From: Mobula birostris
Taxonomy: Eukaryota
Direction of reading: 5' to 3'
DNA length: 64,000 bases
Assembly (NCBI RefSeq): GCF_030028105.1
Contig: NC_092374.1
Coordinates: forward strand, 66,474,948 to 66,538,947
The notes beneath the pieces were generated by a model. That model was not told where the DNA came from, searched no databases, and worked only from the letters and a program-made list of their open reading frames with translations. Positions 54,500 through 64,000 of this stretch are shown here, one piece after another (position 1 is the stretch's first letter; each line of letters begins with the position of its first letter). Both the position numbers and the translations under genes were made by a program.

Positions 54500-55038
54500 A
54501 TTTCAAAGTTGAAATCTTCAAAGTAAATTTGCTATCAAAATACATATATTTCACCTTATACAACCCTGAGATTCAATCACAGTAAATATTAGAAACACAG
54601 TAGAATCAATGAAAGACCACATTTAACAGGACAGCCAAATAACCAATGTGCAAAAGACAACAAGCTGTGCAAATAGGAAAAAAATAGTGAGAATGATGAA
54701 TAACCAATAAATATCAAGAACATGATACGAAGAGTCCTTCAAAGTGAGTCCATAGATTGTGGGAACAGTTTCATGATGGGGTGTATGTAGTTGAGTCCCC
54801 TGTGGTTCAAGTCTCTGATGGCTGAAGGGTAATGCCTGTTTCTGAACCTGACTGTGTGTGTCCTGAAGATCCTGTACCTTCTTTCTGATGGCAGCAGCGA
54901 GAAGGGAGCATGGCTTGGATAGTGGGGGTTCTTGATGATGGATGCTGCTTTCCTGTGACAACGCTCTGTGTAGATGTGCTCAATGATGGGAAGGTCTTTA
55001 CGCCTCATGGACTGGGCTGTATCCATTATTTTTTTCAA
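54500..55038 (-). mobile_element. Rex1/Babar-like LINE 3' end
   Basis: DLPIIEHIYTERCHRKAASIIKNPHYPSHAPFSLLPSERRYR. Confidence 0.8.
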
Positions 55039-55307
55039 GTTAATATAAGTAACCCGTAATTACTGAAGGAAATTAACTAGCTTAGAATTAGGGTCAACGA
55101 CGAATGATCAGAGGTTATCTTCAATTACATATCCACTTGCTTGCAACTTGCAGGATTTTTGCACAACCCGTGGTAATGAGGAAGCTACCATCACCAGGGG
55201 GAACATGAATGTGAATATGAAGAGGACAAGCTGCAGAAGGGCTCCTCAACCAATCAAATTGGAAAATTCTTGAGACATAAACCAGGTAATGTAACTTGGA
55301 ATATTTA

Positions 55308-55559
55308 TATAGGCATCCGTTAGTCTCGTGAGACCATGGATTTGCACCTTGGAAGGTTTCCAGGGTGCAGGCTTGAGCAAGCTTGCAAGTTTCCTATTGC
55401 CCATGCTGCAAATCTCCCCTCTCCACGCCACTGACTTTGTCCAAGGGAAGGGCACTAGGGCCGATACAGCTTGGTACCGGTGTCATCGCAGAGCAATGTG
55501 TGGTTAAGTGCCTTGCTCAAGGACACAACACGCTGCCTCAGCTGAGGCTCGAACTAGCG
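55308..55559 (-). mobile_element. 5'-truncated copy of the tRNA-RTE SINE
   Basis: Homologous to 2611-2920; imperfect TSD ACTT(G/A)GAATATTTA; B box retained. Confidence 0.85.
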
Positions 55560-55799
55560 ACTTAGAATATTTAATGCATAGAAAATAAGAGATTTGAAGT
55601 AACCAAAAGAATTGACTTAGCATTTCCAAGAATAATAAAAACATGCTGAAATTAAGTTTTATATCAATGAACATAAGTTTTTAAATCCAAAGATGCTGTT
55701 TGGCAGTAAACCTTATCAATCTATTATAATTGAATGCATTGGGTCTAAATTTCTTCCAGCACATTTTGTTGGTATTTAATGGATAAGTAAAGTCAGAGA

Positions 55800-56142
55800 T
55801 TCAAACAGCATGGAAATGGGCCTTTTGCCCAATTGGTCAGTGCTGACTATGATTCCATCTAAGCTTGTCCCAGTTGCCTGTGTTTGGCCCATATCCATTT
55901 AAAGTTTTCCTATCCATGTACTTTTGAATGTTGTTAATATACTTGCCTCGACCATTTCCTTTGGCAGCTCATTCCATACACTGGCCACCCTCTGAGTGAA
56001 AAAGTTATCCCTCAGGTTCCTATTAAATCTCTGCCCCCTCACCTTCAACCTATGCCCTCTAGTTTTTGATTTCTCAACACTGGGGAAAAGGTTGTGTGCA
56101 TTTACATGATCTATGCCTCTCCTGAACTTGCACACCTCTATG
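55800..56142 (-). mobile_element. CR1 3' fragment
   Basis: TRGHRLKVRG...FFTQRVASVWNELP. Confidence 0.85.
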
Positions 56143-56319
56143 TACTACAATTCCGCAGAGTAGAATATCTTGTAATATTGAATATTCTGGTGATAAAGCT
56201 GTGCACTGAAGTTCAGTAAGTACCAGGGTAACTCAGCAAGCATTTTTCCTGAGTTCTATACTTAATTCTGATTGGTTCCTTAAGGTTGTCATAGCCAGGG
56301 GAGGTAAACTACCTATAAA

Positions 56320-57224
56320 ATGCTCCCAATGGCTTTGACTTCCCTTGTCAGCCATGGTTGTACTATTTTACCATTTGGGTATTTCTTCATTTTTGTTTTA
56401 CATATGTCCTGCATCTTCCTCATTTTTCCTAGAAATGCATGCCATTGCTGCTCTGCTGACATTCCTGCCAGCAGGTCCTGCTATTTATTTTGCCCAACTC
56501 CTCTCTGATGCCACTGTAATTTCTCTTACTCCACTGAAATACTGCTACATCAGACTTTTCTTTCTCTCTATCAAATTTCAAGTTCAACTCAGTCATATTG
56601 TGATCACTGGTTCCTAAGGGTTAAGCTCCTTAATCATCTCTGGTTCATTACATAACACCCAATCCAGTACAGCTGATCCCCTAGTAGGCTCAATGACAAA
56701 CTGCTCTAAAAAGCTATCTCTTAGGCATTCAACAAACTCACTCTCTTGAGATCCATTACCAACCTGATTTTCCCAATTGACCTGCATGTTAAAATTTCCC
56801 ATAACTGCCATAATATTGCCCTTTTGACTCACCTTTTCTATTGCCTGTTGTAACCTGGGGTCCACCTTCGAGCCACTGTTGGGAGGCCTGTGTATAACTG
56901 CCATCAACGTCCTTTTACCCTTGCAGTTTCCTAACTCAACCCACAAGGATTCAACATCTTCTGATCCTACGTCACATCTTTCTACTGATTTGATGCCACT
57001 CTTTACCAGTAGAGCCACACCACCCATTCTGCCTACCTTCCTATCCCTCCTATATAACGTGTAACCTTGGACATTCAGCTCCCAACTACAACCATCCTTC
57101 AGCCACGATTCAGTGATGGCCACAACATCATACCTGGCAATTTGTAATAATGCAACAAGATCATCCATTTTATTTCTTATACTCCACGAATTTAGATACA
57201 ACACCTTGAGTACCGTATTTGCTA
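56320..57224 (-). mobile_element. CR1 ORF2 APE endonuclease relic
   Basis: LKVLYLNSWSIRNK, YDVVAITESWL, RRDR...GGVALLVK, HRPPNS, MGNFN. Confidence 0.88.
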
Positions 57225-57317
57225 TCGTCAGGACCCGGCCCGAAACGTCGACTGTACCTCTTCCCATAGATGCTGCCTGGCCTGCTGCGTTCACCAGCAT
57301 TTTTTGTGTGTGTTGCT
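57225..57317 (+). mobile_element. Very short PLE-tail insertion, broken and inverted inside the hammerhead
   Basis: tcgtcaggac (reverse complement of gtcctgacga) joined to ccggcccgaaacgtcgactg...tgtgtgttgc. Confidence 0.7.
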
Positions 57318-57418
57318 TTCCCATAAAACCTTACCACTGCTTGTTATCTCTATATTTTATGAAAACATTCAACACCCAGTTTATGGTGTTGAAGTGGGTA
57401 GGGACAGTGTGGTATCTA

Positions 57419-57905
57419 TGAGGGGTGATTGATAAGTTTGTGGCCTAAGGTAGAAGGAGTCGATTTTAGAAAACCTAGCACATTTATTTTTCAATATAGT
57501 CCCCTCCTACATTTACACACTTAGTCCAGCGGTCGTGGAGCATATGGATCCCTTCTTTGTCGAAGTGGTCCACAGCAGGGGTGATTGATAAGTTCGTGGC
57601 CTATGGTAGAAGGAAATGAGTTATACAGCTTTCGGTACAAGCACGTGCATTTCAACTCTTTGAGTGAAAATGCAGAAAGTTTGAAGTTAATAACTCATAA
57701 CCTTCTACCTTAGGCGACAAACTTATCAATCACCCCTGCTGTGGACCAACTCTGGAGATCCAAGATGCCGACTTCTACAAAGAAGGGCTCCATATGCTTC
57801 ACGACCACTGGACTAAGTGTGTAAATGTAGCAAAAAAAAAATGAGCTAGGTTTTCTAAAATTGACTCCTTCTACCGTTGGCCACGGACTTATCAATCACC
57901 CGTCA
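57419..57905. mobile_element. Palindromic mariner-type MITE
   Basis: TA-flanked; TIR TGAGGGGTGATTGATAAGTT..TGGCC; long inverted arms, each with a second internal TIR copy. Confidence 0.88.
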
Positions 57906-58984
57906 TATATAACTCATGCAGAATTTGTCCCTGCAGTATGTTTTCAAATCAGGAAGTATGTTTCTTTCACTGTCATATTTGCAGAGGATGAATCTATTAA
58001 CACATGACCCAGGAAAAACAACAGGTCCTCTGGTCCTTTGAGCCTCCTCTGTCATTTAATAAGATATGGCCAAAATGATTGCAACCTTAATCCACACTCT
58101 TGATTATCACAATAGCTGTCCACCCCCTCATTTTTGAGGAACCAATCTGCTTCACCTTTAAAATGGTTCAGATTCTGCTTTCAGCACTATTCCATGAAAT
58201 AAGTTCCAGAATCACGGTGATCTGCAAAAATCTTTCTTAAGTGAGTGACTCTTTATTGTTAGTCAATGAGTCCTTGTCCTAGATTCTCCCACAATGGAAA
58301 GATCCTCTCCTCATCCACCCAATTGAGAACCCTTAGGATCAAAAATGTTTCAACCAAGTCACCTCTCACTCTTCCAAATTCCAGCCTGCTAAACTTCCTC
58401 ATAATACAAATGATCTACAAGGGTTTATTTCTTTTTCTCTTACAAAATTAGTTTAGAGTTGCTGATAAGCTCAAATAAACGTATGACATCAATAAATATG
58501 TATTGTGGGAAGTTTCAGAGCCTTCTTATTTTTCATTCTGTTAAGCACCAATGTTGAAAAAGTCATCTAAGTTTTACAACTGCTTACTCCTATTTTCAAT
58601 AGCTTATCCTGAATCTTGTCTAGGTAAATTTTTTTGATCAGCAATGTCCAATTATCTGAAATTCCCCCTTGTTTGTCTCCAGGATTAGTTTCAGTATTTT
58701 CAGTGGGCATTATGCCTCAATGTTTATGCATATATGTACAATACATAAAACATAATATGTGTCTTCACCTGACTAAGAAGATGTATCTGAGCTTTTCAAA
58801 TAAGCAGCACCATGTGTGTTTGATCTACACTGACAGCAAAAAAAATTCTTGAATCTTTAGTTGCATTGCTAGTTACCCAGTGAGTTTCTTCATAGTAATT
58901 TGAAGATAATGTCATGGCTTGTGATCACAAACAGAAAAGGTTTTCACAGCTTTTTCAACTCAATGGTTTTTTTTTGCAATAGTA

Positions 58985-60013
58985 CAGGAGTCCCCAACCT
59001 TTTTTGCACTGCGGGCCGGTTTATTATTGACAATATCCTTGTGGACCGGCTGACCCGGGGGGGGGGGGGGGGGGTGGTGGTAGGGTTGCCAACGGACAAG
59101 AGGAGCAGTCAAATACGTTGTGTTTACCCCGAGAAAGACTTCCATGACCATGAAGCCTTGCGCGGGCACCAGTGCACATGCGTGTACGTGCCGATATTTT
59201 TCTACAAATCGTTTTTGACGATTCTGTTCGGTGGGGGGGGGGGGAGTGTTAATCATGACCGGAATATAGGTGATAAGTGGCTAATACACTCAATTTCATT
59301 TCTAAAAGGGTTTATCTAACGAATTTAATATTAAACACACAGCGCATGTTTTCCTCGCATGAATATAGTGATAAGTCAATTATCAGGGGAGGACAGGGGA
59401 GCTTGAAGTAAGTGTTGAACAAACTTCCAGTAGAAGTGGTAGAGGCAGGTTCGATATTATAATTTAAAGAAAAATTGGATAGCTATATGGACAGGAAAGG
59501 AATGGAGGGTTATGGGCTGAGTGCAAGTCGGTGGAACTAGGTAAGAGTAGCGTTCGGCATGGACTAGAAGGGCCGAGAACGCCTGTTTCCATGCTGTAAT
59601 TGTTATATGGTTATACAAGTCACTTATAAGTCAATAGCATCATAACATTTTAAGTAACATTTGGACATTAAACACACAGCACATATTTTCCCCGTATGAA
59701 CATATAAAATCATTGCAACACACCAATATCGCTGAATCAGTGGGAACCCTGGGCTTGTTTCCCTGCAACAAGACGGTGCCATCGAGGGGTGATGGGAGAC
59801 AGCGGTACTCGAAAGGGGTTCCCTATGTCCAGTATATTCTGCAATTTAGTTTTTGTTGCATTCGTTGCAGAGATATGTTGGAAATGGAAGCAACGTTTTC
59901 AGTGCTTTCATGGCTATCTCAGGATATTTAGCCTTGACTCATATTGCCAAATCATATCGTTTCCTCACGGCCCGGTAGCACATGCTTTGCGGCCCGGTGG
60001 TTAGGGACCGCTG
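58985..60013 (-). mobile_element. Non-autonomous hAT (Charlie/Buster) element with an internal CR1 3' fragment
   Basis: TIRs CAGGAGTCCCCAACC / GGTTAGGGACCGCTG, 8-bp TSD CAATAGTA. Minus-strand transposase C-terminus ...YPEIAMKALKTLLPFPT...PITPRWHRLVAGKQAQGSH*. Confidence 0.92.
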
Positions 60014-61047
60014 CAATAGTAGCATGCACTTATATAGTGCTTTAACAATCTCAGATATGCTCCAGGGCACTTGGTGCATACAACTCTGGAATCAATGGCC
60101 ATCCCTTCCTTCAATGCTGTGTTGTACGTGTCAAGGCCAAACACAACTCTAATCAAAGATGAAGGGGCAATTTATTTTCTGGTTCATCCACATTTCTTTA
60201 ATCCACAGTGCTAAAAATACAGTTTTCTGAAGACATTGTATGGTGATCTTTGAACCTACATGTTATGTGTCCTTGGCAGGTAAGAGGGGCTTTTTTAAGT
60301 TTAGTGACTCGCTTAATAGTATGAAGTATTTGCAGCAAAGGAAAAGACCATTCAGCTTATGATGCCTCCTGTTGCTTATGCTGTATTTACTGTACTTCTC
60401 ACCCACCACTGCATTCTTCAATTCTTTCCACCCTTGTGTTTAGACTGTGTTAACTTAAATGTGTCACTTTACCTGCTACTTCTAGTGTGTTTAAAATTCG
60501 TAACATTCTTTGATTAAAAAGTTCCTCTTGAATTCACAAGTTGATTTATTAGTAACAATTTGTATGGGAAACCTGTTTTTGATGCTTCCATAGGTGGAAC
60601 AACTTGCTCTGCATTGATTCCATCCATTCTGTTGTAGATCAGAGCAATTAACAGTTGTCATGGCCACTTGTATAGCTTTCATGTGTTCCTTTTCCCTTGT
60701 TTAAACGTTCCCTCCAACCTTAGTTTCTCAGTTCTTTCTAAATTTAGTCAAGCCAGGAGTCTGGAATGAGAGTTTACAATGATATTCCTACAACTAAGTT
60801 CTCTCCTATCTTTAATGGCACCCAAAGAGTAATGCAGAGAGTTCAAGATCAGCATTCTGGGGTTCAAGCCCATCTTGTCTCATTCTCCATCTCCACGATT
60901 CCCATCATTCCATAAATTACCACTGCTTCCATCTTTGATGGAAGCTAAATGCCAGAAGCATCAAACCCTCCTCCTTTATCTTTGCAACCACTGTGCTCTT
61001 ATTATGTGAGTGTTTTGTTTTTGTTGTGTGACTGAGCACTTTCGTTG

Positions 61048-61432
61048 TCCTGTCAGCTTGAACCAGTCTGGCTATTCTCCTCTGAACTCTCTCATTAACA
61101 AGGCATTTTAGCCCACAGAACCACCACGCACTGGATGTTTCTTTGTTTTTTGCACCATTCTATGTAAACTCCACAGACTGTTGTGTGTGAAAATCTCAAT
61201 AAATCAACAGTTTCTGAGATACTCAAACCATCCCATCTGCCACTAACAATCAATCCACAGACAAAGTCACTTAGATCATATTTCTTCCCCATTCTGATGT
61301 TTGGTCTGAACAACAACTGAACCACTTGATCGTGTCTGCATGCTTATATGCACTGAGCTGCTGTCACGTAATTGGCTGATGAGTTAATGAGCAGATGTAC
61401 AGGTGCACCTAATAAAGTAGCCACTAAGTGTA
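61048..61432 (-). mobile_element. Tc1-like relic (TIR + transposase HTH N-terminus)
   Basis: MGKKYDLSDFVCGLIVSGRWDGLSISETVDLLRFSHTTVCGVYIEW; ends cacctaataaagtagccactaagtg-TA. Confidence 0.85.
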
Positions 61433-61659
61433 AACCACAGTACTGGACATCAGAAGGTACTCATCCTCTTGCAAAAGGGCCTTAGCTGGGACGTTCTTGG
61501 GTACTTGGTGAGGTTGTTCCTGAGTGGCTGTATAAAACAGAACACTGTGAAGTATGGACTGTTTCCAAGGATATGGAATGAGGAAAATATCGCTAATGAG
61601 ACAAGATCATCACCTTGATGAAAGACACATTCTGCTCTGCCTAAAACTCTTCCACAACA

Positions 61660-62630
61660 TGGACAATGGCAAAGTCCTGAAAATTGGCAGGGAAAATATA
61701 GGACTGAAGGTGTTGTGTTTGAATGCACACAGTATGCAAAATAAAGTAGGTGACTTTGCAGAAAGCTTAGAAATTGATATGTACGATGTTGTCAGCATTA
61801 CTGAGTCGTGGCTGAAAGAAAGTCACAATTGGTAGCTAGATATCCAATGATACACATTGTGTTGAAAGTACAGGCAGGTGGGCAGGAGGATGGGAGTGGG
61901 TGATTTCAATATGAGGGTAAATTGAGGAAAATCAGTTTGCTACTCTATCCCATGGAAAAAAAAAATCTGTCAAATGCCTACAAGGCGGCTGTATGGAACT
62001 GCTTGTGGTCAAGCCGACTAGAGAAAAGACAATTCTGGATTGGGTGTTGTGTAATGAACCAGATTTGCTTAGGGACTTAAGATAAAGGAACACTTAAGAG
62101 GCAGTGATCATACGGTAAAATTCATTCTCCAGTTTAAGCAGGAGAAGCTAAAATCAGATGTATTGGTATTACAGTGGGGCAAAGGGAAATACAGAGGCCT
62201 GAGAGAGGAGATGTCCGGTGTTGATTGGAAGGGGACACTAGCAGGGATGACAGCAGGGAAGCAGTGGCTGGAGTTTCTGTGGGCATCTCGGAAGGCATAA
62301 TATAGATCCATCCAAAGAAAAGGAAGTAGTCTAAAGGGAGGATGAGGCAACCATGGCAACAGGGGAAGTCATAGGCAGCATAAAAGCAAAAGAGAGAGGA
62401 GTATACTTCTCTCTGTAGAATATATCAAAAAATAGTTGGAAGCTGGAGGTTTGGGTGGCTTTTAAAACCAATGGAAGGCAACTAAAAAAACTGTAAAAAG
62501 AGCAAAAAAGTTGAAATATAAAGGTAAGTTAGCCAATAATATAAAGGAGGTTACCAAAATTTCTCTTTTGTAGATATTTTGTGTTAACAAAAAAGTGGCA
62601 AGGTGGATATTGGACTGCTGGAAAATCACA
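61660..62630 (+). mobile_element. CR1 APE/linker relic
   Basis: LKVLCLNAHSMQNK, YDVVSITESWL; multiple stops. Confidence 0.8.
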
Positions 62631-62651
62631 AATATCATTCCACTGTTTAAA

Positions 62652-64000
62652 TTCAAGTTCAGTTTATTCTCATACAACTGTGCAGTTGTATACCGCCAAA
62701 CGAAACAACGTTCCTCCTGAGCAAGGTGCACAACACAGTACCTGTACAAATAAAGTCATATTATCAGAAGGAAATTGACAAATAAAAAGATCCATTGATG
62801 ACACAAGCTAAAGAAATAAACAGTATAATGCCACTGGTGCTTCATAGACCTTAGTGGTGGCAGGGAGTTCAGTAACTTACAGCCTGGTGGAAGAAGCTGT
62901 TTCACATCCTGACAATTCTTTTCCTGATGCTAAGGTACCTCCTGCCTGATGGTAAGGGATCAAGAACATTGTTGGACAGATGGGGAGGGGGCCAAGGGCA
63001 CTGTATTAACAGGGCCCTGATGAGTATCTCTGATGGGTGGAAGAGGGACCCTGATGATCCTCTTTGCAGTCCTCATAACCCTTTGTAGGGACTTGTGGTC
63101 AGATGGCTTGCAACCCCTGTACCAGGCAGCAATGCATCTGGTCAGGACACTTTCGATGGTGCACCTGTAAAAATTGGTTAGAATGGAGGGGTGAGCGGGA
63201 ATCTCACTTGCCTCTATATCCTGAGGAAGTGGAGACGTTGCTGTGCTTTCTTGACTTCTTGACCAAAGAGGTGGTGTTAAGGGACCAGGTGAGATCGTCC
63301 TTTATGTGCACTCCAGATACTTGGTGCTCTAAACTCTCTCCACAGAAGAGCTGTGTATGGACAATGAGGAGTGCTCAGCCTGCCTTCCTGAAGTCCACAA
63401 CCATCTCTTTGGGCTCTTTGAGACTCAAGTTGTTGTGCTCACATCATTCTACCAGCTGTTTTACCTCCTCTCTGTATACCATCTCATCATCATTGTTGAT
63501 GAGGGCAGCCACTTTTGTGTCATCAGCGAACTTGATGATTCACTTTGAACGGGATCTAACAGCGCAGTCATGCATCAGCAGTGTGAACAGCAGCGGGCTG
63601 AGCACGGAGCCCTGGGGGACACCGGTGCTCAGCGTGATAGAGCTAAAGATGCTTCTGCCAACACAGTCTGACTGTGGCCTTTCTGTCAGGACGTCTAGGA
63701 TCCAGTTTCGGTGAGAGGTGTTGACATTCAACAAGGACAGTTTACCCACCAGCTTCTGAAGGATAATCACATTAAACGTCAAGCTAATGTCTATAAACAG
63801 CATCGTGGCATATGAGACACCATTTTCCAGGTGGGACAGGATGTAACAGAGTACTGAGGCTGTGGGAGCATCAGTGGATTGACTTGAACAATAAATGAAC
63901 GGGAAAAGGTCAAATGTAACAGGAAGATGGTATTTAATGTGATCCATAACCAGATGCTCAAAGCACTTCCTTGCTGTGGGGGTCAGTGCCACTTGACAGT
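62652..64000 (-). mobile_element. Rex1/Babar-like LINE RT and 3' end; runs off the window
   Basis: ALTPTARKCFEHLV, STGVPQGSVLSPLLFTLLMHDC; tail (CTTGAA)n. Confidence 0.85.

Noticed and set aside
56614-57324. 236-aa ORF as a novel fusion protein
   Set aside because: It is a chance in-frame join of an antisense PLE tail to a decayed CR1 endonuclease, with altered motifs (GNFN) and no expression evidence.

Overview
This is vertebrate genomic DNA, most likely from a cartilaginous fish. That assignment is inferred from the repeat repertoire and cannot be proven here. The whole window lies inside one minus-strand gene, the NMDA receptor subunit GluN3A (grin3a). Three coding exons are present: 50504-51548, 23074-23219 and 4338-4453. 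All have GT-AG boundaries and join in phase, with introns of 27,284 and 18,620 bp between them. The introns are a dense, nested mosaic of transposable elements: Penelope-like elements (PLEs), CR1, Rex1/Babar and RTE LINE fragments, and tRNA-derived, V- and Deu-type SINEs. They also hold an internally deleted Ty3/gypsy provirus inserted into a Tc1 relic, two solo LTRs, a hAT/Charlie non-autonomous element and a mariner MITE. The most notable signal is a minimal type-I hammerhead ribozyme motif (CAGTC-CTGANGA-A-GGGT-N4-GCCC-GAAA-CG-TC-GACTG). It occurs about 9 times, in the 3' tail of a PLE with an open RT/GIY-YIG frame and in short fold-back non-autonomous derivatives. Two copies are in the sense orientation of the grin3a pre-mRNA. 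There are no bacterial-type features such as CRISPR arrays or operons.
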